Of a DNA stretch of 64,000 nt, positions 54,865-64,000 are shown piece by piece. The number at the start of each line of letters is the position of its first letter. Positions within the stretch are counted from its first letter, which is position 1. The DNA comes from Minisyncoccia bacterium (GTDB taxonomy: Bacteria; Patescibacteriota; Minisyncoccia; Phycocordibacterales; UBA9973). The translations under genes and the position numbers were made by a program. A model generated the notes under the pieces. It had not been told where the DNA came from, made no database searches, and saw only the letters and a program-made list of their open reading frames with translations. Location of the stretch: contig JBGSSJ010000010.1 in NCBI GenBank assembly GCA_041737125.1, positions 22,354 through 86,353 on the forward strand. Reading direction: 5' to 3'.

Positions 54865-57800
54865 ATGACTACTTTTGCAAAGAAATTTTATATCAGCGAG
54901 ATCATCTCAATACTTATTGTACTTATTTCGGTAGTGCAATTTGTGCAAGCGGATGAATTTACTGCACCGTATATTTATGAGACTCTCCCTGTAGGTTTTT
55001 ATACAAGTTCTTATGAAAGGAGCGATAATCTATACTATGAATTTGAGTCCGATGAGAATGGAACAATCAATTATTATGGGTCCTGTACAGGGTCTTTGTA
55101 TCCCAGCGCTTCTATTGGTATAAATGGTATTTATTTTGACCCCCTTCCCGAAGGTGAGTACACTGATTGTGCAATCAGTGTCACTGATGAATTTTTGAAT
55201 GAATCATATATACTTAATGTCCTTCCTTTTACGGTTGATGATACGGCTCCTAATCTTTCTGAAGTTGCTCCAATCAGCTCTCCGACCAGCGACAAAACTC
55301 CCGAGTATTCTTTTATATCCGATGAGGATGGATATGTTGTTTATCATGGAGCTTGTTCTTCTTCTACGGCTGATGTATTAGTTGGGAATAATACCATAGA
55401 ACTTAATTTACTTGCTGACGGACTATATAATGATTGTGGATTGTCAGTTTATGACGAGGTGGGTAATGAGTCCTCAGTTTTATCAATCACACCTTTTACT
55501 GTTTTTGCTCCTCCTATTATTTACGAATTTTCCTCAGTTTTATCTCCTAGCTCGGACACTACCCCGACATACCGTTTTATGAGTGATGAGGCTGGAGAAA
55601 TAACATACGGAGGAGTATGTTCATCGACAACTACAAATGCTGTAAGTGGATTAAATACAATTGCTTTTGATTATCTCAGTGACAGTACTTACAATAACTG
55701 TACAATTACTGTCACAGATAGTGATCTACAGATATCTAATATAATTAATGTGGCACCTTTTACAATCGATAAGTTGGTACCCATTCCCGATGACGCAATA
55801 TATCATTGGGCAAAACAGTTTGGAGGAGGACCAGGTAATGGTGGATATGACGCCTCTATCACTACAGATTCTGATGGAAATGTTTATACAACTGGAAGTT
55901 TTATAGGGACTCTTGATTTCGACCCCGGAGCAGGGGTAGCGAACCTTACTTCAGCAGGGAGTAATGATATTTACATTTCTAAACTAGATTCTGATGGAAA
56001 CTACTTGTGGGCGAAACGAATAGGGGGAAATGGTTATGACGTTCCCCAATCTATCGCCATAGACTCTTTGGGAAATGTGTACACCACAGGATCCTTCAGT
56101 CCTATTAATGGATACTTTAGTGAAACTGTTGATTTCGATCCTGGGATAGGTGTAGCAAACTTAACCTCACTATATATTGATATTTACATTTCTAAACTAG
56201 ATTCTGATGGAAACTACGTGTGGGCGAAACGAATAGGGGGAAATTCTGGCGATGTAGGTTCTTCTCTTGCAATAGATTCTTTAGATAATGTGTATACTAC
56301 AGGACTCTTCAACGGAACCGTTGATTTCGACCCCGGAGCATTGGTAGCGAATCTTACTTCAGTAGGAAGTAATAGCATCTATATTTCTAAAATAGATTCT
56401 GACGGAAACTACGTGTGGGCGAAAAGTATAGGTCATTCTTCCTACTCACTCCCATTTGTTGCAATAGATTCTTATACCAACATATATACAATAGGTGGCT
56501 TTTCTGGAACCGTTGATTTCGACCCCGGAGCAGGGGTAGCGAATATTACTTCAGTAGGGGGCGATGATGTTTTCATTTCTAAACTAGATTCTGATGGAAA
56601 CTACGTGTGGGCGAAAACTCTAGGTGGAGAGGTTGATGATGTTGCAAGTTCCCTTGTGGTAGATTCTTTAGATAATGTGTATACTACAGGACTCTTCAAT
56701 GGAACCGTTGATTTCGACCCCGGAGCATTGGTAGCGAACCTTACTTCGACAGGAAGTAATAACATCTATATTTCTAAACTAGACTCCGATGGAAACTACG
56801 TGTGGGCGAAAAGTATAATTGGTAACTCGAATTATTATTACGGAGGCCCATCACTTGCTGTAGATACTTCCCATAATGTATATATGGCAGGCGATTTTTA
56901 TAACATTAAGGATTTTGATCCAGGGTTTGGTGTTGATATATTTATTCCAACAGGAGGATCTGGAGATGTTTTTATTTCTAAATTAAACTCCGGTGGAAAA
57001 TACTTATGGACAAAGACAATAGGAGGGTTAAGTTATGATTCCGTAAGTTCTATAACCATAGATCCTTCCGGTAAAATATATACAGCGGGCTTCTTTCAAA
57101 GTGCTGTAGATTTCGACCCTGGTGTAGGAGTTGCAACTTTAACCCCTTTAGGGGGGTCTGCTCAAACTGTCTTCGTAAGTAGCCTTTCCCTGTATGCATA
57201 CCCTTTCCTTACTGAAACAACACCTGTTACCGCAAGTGACACCGATACCACTCCTTCCTACACATTCACTACTACCAAAGCAGGGACAATCACCTATGGA
57301 GGAGCCTGTGCATCTGTAACGACAGCCGCCACACTCGGAGCAAACACCATTATCTTCAATGAGCTTGCTTTGGGTACATACACAGATTGTACTATCGCGG
57401 TAGATGATTCAAATGTGCTTTCTGTTAATTCGTTTACTATCGGAGAGTTTGCTCCTATTTCCCTACCTGCTCCAAGTGGATCTTCTTTGTTGTCCTTTGT
57501 TTCTCCTGCAATACAAACTTTAATTCCAAATGAGCCAACCCCTCCAAACCCAGAAACGCAAGAACCAGCAAACGAACAATCTGCTACCGAAAAAATAATA
57601 GAAAAAATGAAAGAAAATGAATCCGATTCAATAATAGAAAAACTTACAGAAGAAAATAAAACACCATCACAAGTAGAAGAACAAGAGAATATAAAAAACC
57701 AAAATGGAGAGGCATTACTTAATTCAACATTAGATAAATTATCAATACTAGGAGACAGAGTGGCTGCTTCATTTAATAATGGAATATCTTTTGTTTCATC

Positions 57801-58767
57801 ACTAGACACAATGGCTCCTACAATATTTCAAGCAGTGAAAGCAACCTCAATTACAATAGGTTCTGCTCTTGCAATTGCCCCTGTTGCAACAAATGCGGCA
57901 GGACTCGCTCCCCTACTTGATATTCCTCGTCTTCTAGCACATATGTGGAACGTACTTCTGACAACTCTTGGATTCCGCAAGAAAAGAAAGCCATGGGGTA
58001 CAGTATATGACAGCGTAACGAAAGCTCCTCTTGATCCTGCATATGTCACACTACTTAATAATAAAGGTGAGGAAGTAGCTTCCTCCCTCACTGATATAGA
58101 TGGACGCTATGGATTCGTAGTTCCTCCCGGCACATACACGCTATCAGCAAATAAAACAAACTATGAATTCCCTTCTAAGAAACTTGCGGGCACATTCGAA
58201 GATGAACTATATACGGCGCTTTACTTTGGAGAGCCAGTAACAGTTACTGAGGAAGGTGAAATTATCAATAAGAATATTCCACTTGATCAAAATGCATTTG
58301 ACTGGAATGAATTTGCAAAGAATGAACAACATCGTCTGACCTATTTCAAGAAAAGAGATGTAATTTTCGGAAAGATTTCAGAAATGTTGTTTGTAGGAGG
58401 GTTCCTCTTCTCACTCATTGCCCTATTTGCCCAAACCTCTGTTTTACAAATAATTATTACTCTTGTCTACGTCATCATATACTTTGTCCGTCGCTATGAT
58501 CCAAAACTAAAGGCAAAAGGATTCATCTCCAAGAAAGATGGCTCCCCTCTTCCTTTCGCAATTATTCGCCTTCTTTCTCTTTCAACAGATCAAGAGAGGG
58601 CTCATAAAGTCTCTGACAAAGTAGGACGATACTATGCTATCGCTCCCAATGGAACCTATCACATCGTAATAGACGAGAAGGCAGCTGATGGAACATATAT
58701 AAAACATGTGATACAAGAGAATATAACAATCACAAAGGGATACTTGAGTGAGGAATTTAAGGTTTAA
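54865..58767 (+). CDS. Giant (1300 aa) surface protein with SBBP beta-propeller repeats and C-terminal TM anchor
   Basis: Signal peptide. About 9 repeats of ...SKLDSDGNYVWAKRIGG....D...A.D..GNVYTTG.F.GTVDFDPG.GVANLTS... (SBBP / beta-propeller repeat). N-terminal Ig-like repeats with conserved Cys pairs; C-terminal carboxypeptidase-regulatory-like segment and TM. Confidence 0.7.
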   Translation: MTTFAKKFYISEIISILIVLISVVQFVQADEFTAPYIYETLPVGFYTSSYERSDNLYYEFESDENGTINYYGSCTGSLYPSASIGINGIYFDPLPEGEYTDCAISVTDEFLNESYILNVLPFTVDDTAPNLSEVAPISSPTSDKTPEYSFISDEDGYVVYHGACSSSTADVLVGNNTIELNLLADGLYNDCGLSVYDEVGNESSVLSITPFTVFAPPIIYEFSSVLSPSSDTTPTYRFMSDEAGEITYGGVCSSTTTNAVSGLNTIAFDYLSDSTYNNCTITVTDSDLQISNIINVAPFTIDKLVPIPDDAIYHWAKQFGGGPGNGGYDASITTDSDGNVYTTGSFIGTLDFDPGAGVANLTSAGSNDIYISKLDSDGNYLWAKRIGGNGYDVPQSIAIDSLGNVYTTGSFSPINGYFSETVDFDPGIGVANLTSLYIDIYISKLDSDGNYVWAKRIGGNSGDVGSSLAIDSLDNVYTTGLFNGTVDFDPGALVANLTSVGSNSIYISKIDSDGNYVWAKSIGHSSYSLPFVAIDSYTNIYTIGGFSGTVDFDPGAGVANITSVGGDDVFISKLDSDGNYVWAKTLGGEVDDVASSLVVDSLDNVYTTGLFNGTVDFDPGALVANLTSTGSNNIYISKLDSDGNYVWAKSIIGNSNYYYGGPSLAVDTSHNVYMAGDFYNIKDFDPGFGVDIFIPTGGSGDVFISKLNSGGKYLWTKTIGGLSYDSVSSITIDPSGKIYTAGFFQSAVDFDPGVGVATLTPLGGSAQTVFVSSLSLYAYPFLTETTPVTASDTDTTPSYTFTTTKAGTITYGGACASVTTAATLGANTIIFNELALGTYTDCTIAVDDSNVLSVNSFTIGEFAPISLPAPSGSSLLSFVSPAIQTLIPNEPTPPNPETQEPANEQSATEKIIEKMKENESDSIIEKLTEENKTPSQVEEQENIKNQNGEALLNSTLDKLSILGDRVAASFNNGISFVSSLDTMAPTIFQAVKATSITIGSALAIAPVATNAAGLAPLLDIPRLLAHMWNVLLTTLGFRKKRKPWGTVYDSVTKAPLDPAYVTLLNNKGEEVASSLTDIDGRYGFVVPPGTYTLSANKTNYEFPSKKLAGTFEDELYTALYFGEPVTVTEEGEIINKNIPLDQNAFDWNEFAKNEQHRLTYFKKRDVIFGKISEMLFVGGFLFSLIALFAQTSVLQIIITLVYVIIYFVRRYDPKLKAKGFISKKDGSPLPFAIIRLLSLSTDQERAHKVSDKVGRYYAIAPNGTYHIVIDEKAADGTYIKHVIQENITITKGYLSEEFKV

Positions 58768-58792
58768 AATAATTAAACTTTATTTTAAGAAA

Positions 58793-59578
58793 TTATAACT
58801 TCCCCATCTGGACGATATCTACTAATTCTTGATGGAGTATTCCATTTGAAACTATACAGCCGATACCATCGCCATCATACCTCCTCTCGTTTCCATTTAA
58901 GTCGGTTACCTTGCCACCCGCTTCTTCTGTAATAATTTTTAAGGCTGCCACATCATGGCCGTGTGGATTATAAAATACACCGCTAACAAATTTACCATTG
59001 GCCACCTGGATAGCTCCATATATAAAAGACGGAAATTTCATTAGTTTACCTTTCTTTTCTTCTAAAATTTTAAAAAGTGCTAAATTTGAAAAACCTAATG
59101 ATGCTCCAGATGAAGCAGTATTTACATATGAACTTTTTAATGTAGTGTTGTTTGATACAGATATCTTTTTGCCGTTTCTATATGCCCCACTACCCCTGTA
59201 TGCCCAGTACATATTCTTCATCACTGGATCATTTATGAGACCAAGAACGGGTAACCCTGTCTCTTGATCAACCAAAGCGATAGAGAAGACAAATGTAGGC
59301 AGCCCACAAGCGAATGCCATTGTCCCATCGATAGGATCACAGACCCAAATATATTTTGAATCTTCTTTCCGTTCACTCTTCTCCTCTCCGTATATACTAT
59401 GCGTAGGGTATGCTTCATTTATCCTCTTTATATCTAAGTCATTTATCTCCGTATCTGCTACTGTTAGTGGAGTGTTATCCTCCTTCCAAGTATTCTCTAC
59501 TTCAAAACTAAAGTATTTTAAGGCTATGTCTTCTGCTTCCTTGGCTAAATTCTTCGCAAATTCTAAGTATTGTTCCAT
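58793..59578 (-). CDS. Inositol monophosphatase family protein (SuhB / IMPase / FBPase-like)
   Basis: WVCDPIDGT (W-x-DP-[IL]-DGT) and HIYGEE-like metal-binding motifs. Confidence 0.85.
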   Translation of the reverse strand: MEQYLEFAKNLAKEAEDIALKYFSFEVENTWKEDNTPLTVADTEINDLDIKRINEAYPTHSIYGEEKSERKEDSKYIWVCDPIDGTMAFACGLPTFVFSIALVDQETGLPVLGLINDPVMKNMYWAYRGSGAYRNGKKISVSNNTTLKSSYVNTASSGASLGFSNLALFKILEEKKGKLMKFPSFIYGAIQVANGKFVSGVFYNPHGHDVAALKIITEEAGGKVTDLNGNERRYDGDGIGCIVSNGILHQELVDIVQMGKL

Positions 59579-59740
59579 GGGAACATTTTAGCATAAAAAG
59601 TGATTTTTATTGGGGACTACTGGGACCGCGAGTACGCTTATCGGCTATTACATAGCCAGGTACTTTTCTGATTGCAAAGTAATACAGAAAAGTCTTTCGC
59701 TTCCCAGACGAAAGTGAAGCAGTTCACTTTGCGAGCCTCC

Positions 59741-59768
59741 TATATAAAAAAGACCCTTTCGGGCTTTT
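59741..59768. terminator. Weak hairpin terminator downstream of tRNA-His (GCCCGAAAGGGU + U-run)
   Basis: AAAAAAGACCCTTTCGGGCTTTTTT; contains a G-U wobble pair. Confidence 0.45.
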
Positions 59769-59773
59769 TTATT

Positions 59774-59847
59774 GGGGGGCTACTGGGAATCGAACCCAGA
59801 TCGAAGGTTCCACAAACCTCAGTGTTAACCGTTACACCATAGCCCCC
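59774..59847 (-). tRNA. tRNA-His (GUG) with encoded G(-1)
   Basis: Minus-strand GGGGGCUAUGGUGUAACGGUUAACACUGAGGUUUGUGGAACCUUCGAUCUGGGUUCGAUUCCCAGUAGCCCCCC folds as a cloverleaf; anticodon loop UUGUGGA; extra 5' G pairs with C73. Confidence 0.9.
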
Positions 59848-59925
59848 ATATATTACCCCGACGTCGGTCGGGGATTAACCTGTTATACCAGAAAATCGCT
59901 TATAAATCTAGCTCTTCTCTATGAC

Positions 59926-60354
59926 TTAGAATAAAGTTAGATGAAAATAAGAAAGCACCGCAATCAAGATAGATATACAAGCTGAGAATAAACACCAAGA
60001 ACACCAGTGTTTCACTATAAAGGCTTGAATAGAAATAAGGTAGAAAGAGAATAAACATGCAGATAAACTAATACCCAGAATAATAATTCCCCTCTCTTCT
60101 GTATACATATGTATAACAAACAGGAACGGATATATACAACCAATAAAAGCATAGTAAATCATACCCAGTATTTCTACTGGAATTCCTACTATTCGAGAAT
60201 AGTCAGAGTGTATGACCGTATCACAATCAGAACGCATGGGACAGATGAGCTTCGTCTTGGCTTTTTTCTTGCTATACAGATAATAAGCAATACAGAAACC
60301 AACCAAACTAAAAATCCCAATTAAGTTTAAAATAATTATCTGCATATTATTCAC
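59926..60354 (-). CDS. Vitamin K epoxide reductase (VKOR) family protein
   Basis: 142 aa, 4-5 TM; loop Cys pair (LICPMRSDC) followed by in-membrane CxxC (HWCSWCLF), in the order typical of bacterial VKOR. Confidence 0.6.
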   Translation of the reverse strand: MNNMQIIILNLIGIFSLVGFCIAYYLYSKKKAKTKLICPMRSDCDTVIHSDYSRIVGIPVEILGMIYYAFIGCIYPFLFVIHMYTEERGIIILGISLSACLFSFYLISIQAFIVKHWCSWCLFSACISILIAVLSYFHLTLF

Positions 60355-62416
60355 AAGAAGATTTAATTATAGGACTATTTGTAACTTTTTCTTTACCAAC
60401 ACTATCGATACAGAAGTATAGAGTAGGATCGCTTGGTAGAGTAGCAGAAAGTGACCACTCTGTAGGCGTAGAATAACATGAAAGTGATGGGTAAGAAGAG
60501 AGCAAACTATTCATCTTGCTTGCTATGCCACCAAGGGGTGTGCTTAATTTCGCAGAGTGGCCAACTGGGGAAAATAGGGACCCAGCTATAGGACTTGTAC
60601 AGCTTCCAGCAGGGTTAGTTTTTGTTCCGAAATTCCCAGCATAATTCTTGAACTCAGAAGCTATCGCTTGGAATTTCATAAGCTCGTCTTTAGTTTCCAT
60701 ATCTTTTATTCTATTCAAGAATATATTTATGTCTATGGCACCAGGGGAATCTTCTACTTCATTTGGGATATCGAAATCATAGTATGTGGTTTTCCAATCA
60801 AGCTTTACTATGCTACCAGCGATACCTTTATCCTCCAAGTTTATAAGTCGAGAGAGCGGGGTCCGCACAGAGAAAGAGTATTGATGTATCTTACTATCAT
60901 CCTTGCCTATCCAAACTTCTAAACTATCAAGTGAAAGGGCGCTTAGTCTGTCGCGAATAAGGTCTTTGTTTTCTTCATCTATACCATCCGCGAAAAACAC
61001 ATCTACGAAATCAGTCATGAATTTCCTTGAAGTTTCTTGATCAAAATTAAACTGATAGTGATATGTCATAACCCCACGCACTTCTTCTTCTGGCTTTTCT
61101 ATAACAGAACTGCTATTTATAAATTCACGGAATATGGATGCTGTCTCTTTATTTATATAAGAAGGTACTCCTATGGCGAAAATTTTATCCATATCTAGCT
61201 GACCTAGAGCTTCCTCTAAATCCACCGGAAGAAGGGCAAGGAGAGAATCGAACTCCCCTTTTGGAACAACGACGGTACTTGCAGCTGGTGCATTACTACC
61301 CGCTACCTCACTTAAGTCTGGAGTTGTTAGTATGGATTTTGAATCTTTATGTTTTAAATTTATTTCTAATTTCTTTTTCAAAAGGGAGCTATTAATTACT
61401 GCATCGTAATCAAAGTCGGGGGAGTCACTGTTTTGATTACTAACTATACCAGTGGCTCGAAGAGTTACAGATTCTTGCTCTTCTCCTACTACTGCTTCCC
61501 CTGCTAAAAGACCTGAGGCTACACCCCAAAGAGGAGGAAAGGATAGAGATATATTAGTCTCTGTTTTATAAGAGGAAAGCTCTCCTAGCTCTATCGGTGC
61601 GAGCAAGAGAAGAGTCTTCGGGTCCTTCTTTATAAAAGAAAGATTAATATCTGGCAATTTTATATATTCTTGTTTTATAGCGAAAACTAATCCTCCGATT
61701 ATGAGTAATATGAATATAGGTATGAGCCACTTGTAGTTAAAATGGAAGACTTTCTTGCTTGTTTTACTACCTTCATTTTCGCTTGTCACCGAGAGTATCG
61801 CATTCCTATAGGAGTCTATCATTGCCCCATTCGGCACATGGCCTTCGTATGACAACTTAGGAGTGGGCTTCTCTGTGTTTTTATTTATAACTGGTGCTTC
61901 TACTTTTGTAGGCAAAGCTGAGAATACAGGACGCTCCTCGACTGCTATCTGTACTACTCGTGGTGTATTAACAACTTGCGGCATGTCAATAACTGGTGGT
62001 TGAGGGACGGCGTACTTCGGGGTAAGCACTGGTATAAGTTCTTCTTTTTTAACTTCTACTTTCTCAATAATAGGCGTATTTATAATTGGAGCAGATATCT
62101 CTTTTGGTTGTGTTTCGATAGATGAACTTTTCGCGTTATGTGCCTCACTGAAACTTTCCGAGAATACAGGTTTAAAGGGCTCGACTTTCTTATAGCTAAT
62201 TGTAGGAACAGAAGAGAGCGGCTCGGCTTTTACTACTTGCTCTGCGGGTTTAATTACTTCAATCTTTTTAATAATCGGGGGCATGACCTTATCTAGAGCT
62301 TCTTGTATATCAGAAAAACGCCAACCGACACTTGCAAGACGCGTGGCAATAACATCCTTAGAAACATTTTTTCTAAGTTGTGATTGGATATAAACAATTA
62401 AATCCTCTGTAATCAT
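60347..62416 (-). CDS. Hypothetical single-pass membrane protein with Pro-rich linker and large C-terminal domain
   Basis: ATG at 62416 (MITEDL) lies 7 nt downstream of an extended -10 TGATATAAT (the ORF-finder TTG start is at 62422); one TM (YKWLIPIFILLIIGGLVFAI); no family recognised. Confidence 0.45.
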   Translation of the reverse strand: MITEDLIVYIQSQLRKNVSKDVIATRLASVGWRFSDIQEALDKVMPPIIKKIEVIKPAEQVVKAEPLSSVPTISYKKVEPFKPVFSESFSEAHNAKSSSIETQPKEISAPIINTPIIEKVEVKKEELIPVLTPKYAVPQPPVIDMPQVVNTPRVVQIAVEERPVFSALPTKVEAPVINKNTEKPTPKLSYEGHVPNGAMIDSYRNAILSVTSENEGSKTSKKVFHFNYKWLIPIFILLIIGGLVFAIKQEYIKLPDINLSFIKKDPKTLLLLAPIELGELSSYKTETNISLSFPPLWGVASGLLAGEAVVGEEQESVTLRATGIVSNQNSDSPDFDYDAVINSSLLKKKLEINLKHKDSKSILTTPDLSEVAGSNAPAASTVVVPKGEFDSLLALLPVDLEEALGQLDMDKIFAIGVPSYINKETASIFREFINSSSVIEKPEEEVRGVMTYHYQFNFDQETSRKFMTDFVDVFFADGIDEENKDLIRDRLSALSLDSLEVWIGKDDSKIHQYSFSVRTPLSRLINLEDKGIAGSIVKLDWKTTYYDFDIPNEVEDSPGAIDINIFLNRIKDMETKDELMKFQAIASEFKNYAGNFGTKTNPAGSCTSPIAGSLFSPVGHSAKLSTPLGGIASKMNSLLSSYPSLSCYSTPTEWSLSATLPSDPTLYFCIDSVGKEKVTNSPIIKSSCE

Positions 62417-62442
62417 GTACAATCATATTATATCATTTCTAT

Positions 62443-63015
62443 TTAGAATTCATACACATATATCTTGCGTGCAAGCTTATATGTTGCTCTTTTTAGGTCA
62501 ATTTCCTTCGTCGGTTGCTTTTGTGTAAATTTAAAAGTTACAGAAATTAATTTTGTCCCTGGTTTTAATTCATTGTCTAGCTTCGGCAGTAAATCATCCA
62601 TCACATTCGGTAGCAAATATGCGACTATGTGTGTGGCACCAGAGAGGTCCCTCTTGAAGAAATCTTGATTTATGATTTCTATCTTGGTTTCAGCACGTGT
62701 GCGATAGAACCATGACCTTACATGTGCCAGTATCAATGGGAAAAGTACATTCTCAATACCTATGTACTTGGCTTTTGGTACACGCTTTGCAGAATAGAAC
62801 AGTATTCGCCCGTCTCCACAACCCAAGTCATAAACCACGCTATCATCCTTTATATCTAGAGCTTGGTGAATGTCTTTCAGTATAGAATCTGGTACAGGAA
62901 TAAAAGGGACTTTCGCTCTAAACCCCGTCACCATCCATATAACAAAAAGAACAAGGACAATACATAAGATTATAACCATAATCCAAACCAAAATATAAAG
63001 TAAAAATGATAGCAT
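62443..63015 (-). CDS. Membrane-anchored class I SAM-dependent methyltransferase
   Basis: N-terminal TM; motif I VYDLGCGDGRILF; acidic motif II IVAYLLPN. Confidence 0.7.
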   Translation of the reverse strand: MLSFLLYILVWIMVIILCIVLVLFVIWMVTGFRAKVPFIPVPDSILKDIHQALDIKDDSVVYDLGCGDGRILFYSAKRVPKAKYIGIENVLFPLILAHVRSWFYRTRAETKIEIINQDFFKRDLSGATHIVAYLLPNVMDDLLPKLDNELKPGTKLISVTFKFTQKQPTKEIDLKRATYKLARKIYVYEF

Positions 63016-63057
63016 TTGAATTTTGAAAAATTAATAAATGTTATTAACCCTAATTTG

Positions 63058-63140
63058 TGCGCAGAAGAGGATTTGAACCTCCACGCCCTTGCGAGCACTA
63101 CCACCTCAAGGTAGCGAGTCTACCGTTTCTCCACCTGCGC
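63058..63140 (-). tRNA. tRNA-Leu (GAG)
   Basis: Minus-strand GCGCAGGUGGAGAAACGGUAGACUCGCUACCUUGAGGUGGUAGUGCUCGCAAGGGCGUGGAGGUUCAAAUCCUCUUCUGCGCA; anticodon loop UUGAGGU; long variable arm. Confidence 0.85.
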
Positions 63141-63141
63141 A

Positions 63142-63816
63142 TTATTTATATTTCTTCTGTTGTTTTACTTCTATCTTCAAAGCTTTCTGTATTTTAAGCC
63201 TTTTTCGAGATAAGCAAATAACACTTCGATTGTAATACATTTTCTTGATAATTACCAATGCTTCTTTTTTGGCATATTTTAGCTGGAAAGTTCTCCTCCT
63301 TCCATCTTGAACTATATGCCCTTTTACTTTTGTTTGATTTTCTAATTCGTTTTGCAACCAATCAATATGACTTTCACTGGCAGACACGAATTCCAAATAA
63401 AACATGTGGCTAGACTTCCAACGTGGATCCCAATATGAATAGAAAGATCCATCCCCATCGAAGCACCCACGCAAGAAATCAAAAAAGTATTTATCCGGAA
63501 TATCCAGCTTACCTATTGTTAAAGACTTATTAGGAGTTAATCCAATAGATAAAAGAAAGTCATAGAAAAATCTATTTTTTAATTGAATCCTTAAAGACTC
63601 ATTTCCATTACCACCCTTTTTTCTACCTATACTTAGATTTAACTCTAAACACTTAGAGAAGTTCTCTAACTGTTCTCTATCTTTGGATGTTAGGTCAATA
63701 AGTATATTATCTTTTGATAAACAGCCATCTGTAGCAAGTAACCCTATAGCGTATGCTAAATTAGGCCTCCACTTTTCATCTACAATCTTTTTTGGTTTTG
63801 GTCCTCTCTTCCCCAT
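63142..63816 (-). CDS. LAGLIDADG-family homing endonuclease (two-motif, free-standing)
   Basis: LAYAIGLLATDGCL (motif 1) and LRGCFDGDGSF (motif 2); basic N- and C-termini; stop codon 1 nt from the 5' end of tRNA-Leu. Confidence 0.8.
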   Translation of the reverse strand: MGKRGPKPKKIVDEKWRPNLAYAIGLLATDGCLSKDNILIDLTSKDREQLENFSKCLELNLSIGRKKGGNGNESLRIQLKNRFFYDFLLSIGLTPNKSLTIGKLDIPDKYFFDFLRGCFDGDGSFYSYWDPRWKSSHMFYLEFVSASESHIDWLQNELENQTKVKGHIVQDGRRRTFQLKYAKKEALVIIKKMYYNRSVICLSRKRLKIQKALKIEVKQQKKYK

Positions 63817-63881
63817 TTGTCTATTATATAATTCTTATATATAAACCTCAAGTATATAGCGTCTACTAATTAATTTTAATA

Positions 63882-63908
63882 CAAAACCCGCGTCTTGCGG
63901 GTTTTGTA
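63882..63908. terminator. Palindromic hairpin terminator (AAAACCCGC-GTCTT-GCGGGTTTT)
   Basis: 9-bp stem plus T-run on the plus strand; upstream of the HEG promoter (TATAAT 7 nt before its ATG). Confidence 0.55.
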
Positions 63909-64000
63909 TTTTATTCTTTTGTTCCCTCTTGTGTTGAAGCTTCTTCTCTTTCTTCATTTGTTAGAGTTATACTCTTTAATCTCTTCTTCACTTCTTTAAC

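Noticed and set aside
63058-63140. tRNA-Leu interrupted by a group I intron carrying the LAGLIDADG gene
   Set aside because: The tRNA folds as a complete, contiguous 83-nt cloverleaf with an intact anticodon loop. The HEG lies outside its 5' end.
1-64000. Alternative genetic code (UGA=Gly as in Gracilibacteria / Absconditabacteria) given the CPR-like gene content
   Set aside because: All conserved genes (fusA, rplK, rpsL, pgk, pilB, nrdJ, P-type ATPases) are intact single ORFs under the standard code, with no in-frame TGA required.

Overview
This is a low-GC, gene-dense bacterial window with no in-frame TGA or TAG problems in the conserved genes, so the standard code is used. Gene content and architecture suggest a small-genome Candidate Phyla Radiation / Parcubacteria-like organism, but that cannot be proven from one window. 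No search tools were available, so all identifications rest on recognised sequence motifs.

Housekeeping genes:
- recA (3' end) and efp.
- secE-nusG-rplK, followed by a terminator with no rplA.
- The str operon (rpsL-rpsG-fusA) with an unusual 440-bp structured spacer and no tuf.
- rpmB, sod, rnhA, recJ, pgk-tpiA, an inositol monophosphatase, tRNA-His, and tRNA-Leu abutting a LAGLIDADG homing endonuclease gene.

Accessory genes:
- A MacAB-like ABC efflux operon and an FKBP isomerase.
- Two P-type ATPases.
- A comEC split into membrane and metallo-beta-lactamase halves with sod inserted between them.
- A type IV pilus block: pilB, pilC, two prepilin-type proteins and a PilX-like protein.
- A giant SBBP-repeat surface protein.
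- MscL with a C-terminal zinc ribbon.
- A VKOR homologue.

The most striking content is a roughly 30-kb, entirely minus-strand array from 51803 down to 22152. It holds seven tandem paralogs (three plus four) of an uncharacterised family of ~570-aa proteins that are very cysteine-rich and have zinc-ribbon-like motifs at both termini. The paralogs have near-identical ~100-nt 5' and 3' gene ends.

These two paralog clusters flank an island containing:
- cutA;
- a DsbB/BdbC-like plus DsbA/BdbD-like disulfide-forming pair;
- a secreted alpha/alpha-toroid protein and a DUF4430 protein, together transcobalamin-like;
- a cobalamin riboswitch with an intrinsic-terminator expression platform;
- an ECF-S-like membrane protein;
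- a class II (NPCGEI motif, B12-dependent) ribonucleotide reductase.

A recurring AATTACGAAT intergenic motif links pilB, the cysteine-rich paralogs and the B12 genes. Many genes have -10 elements directly abutting the start codon, which suggests leaderless mRNAs.
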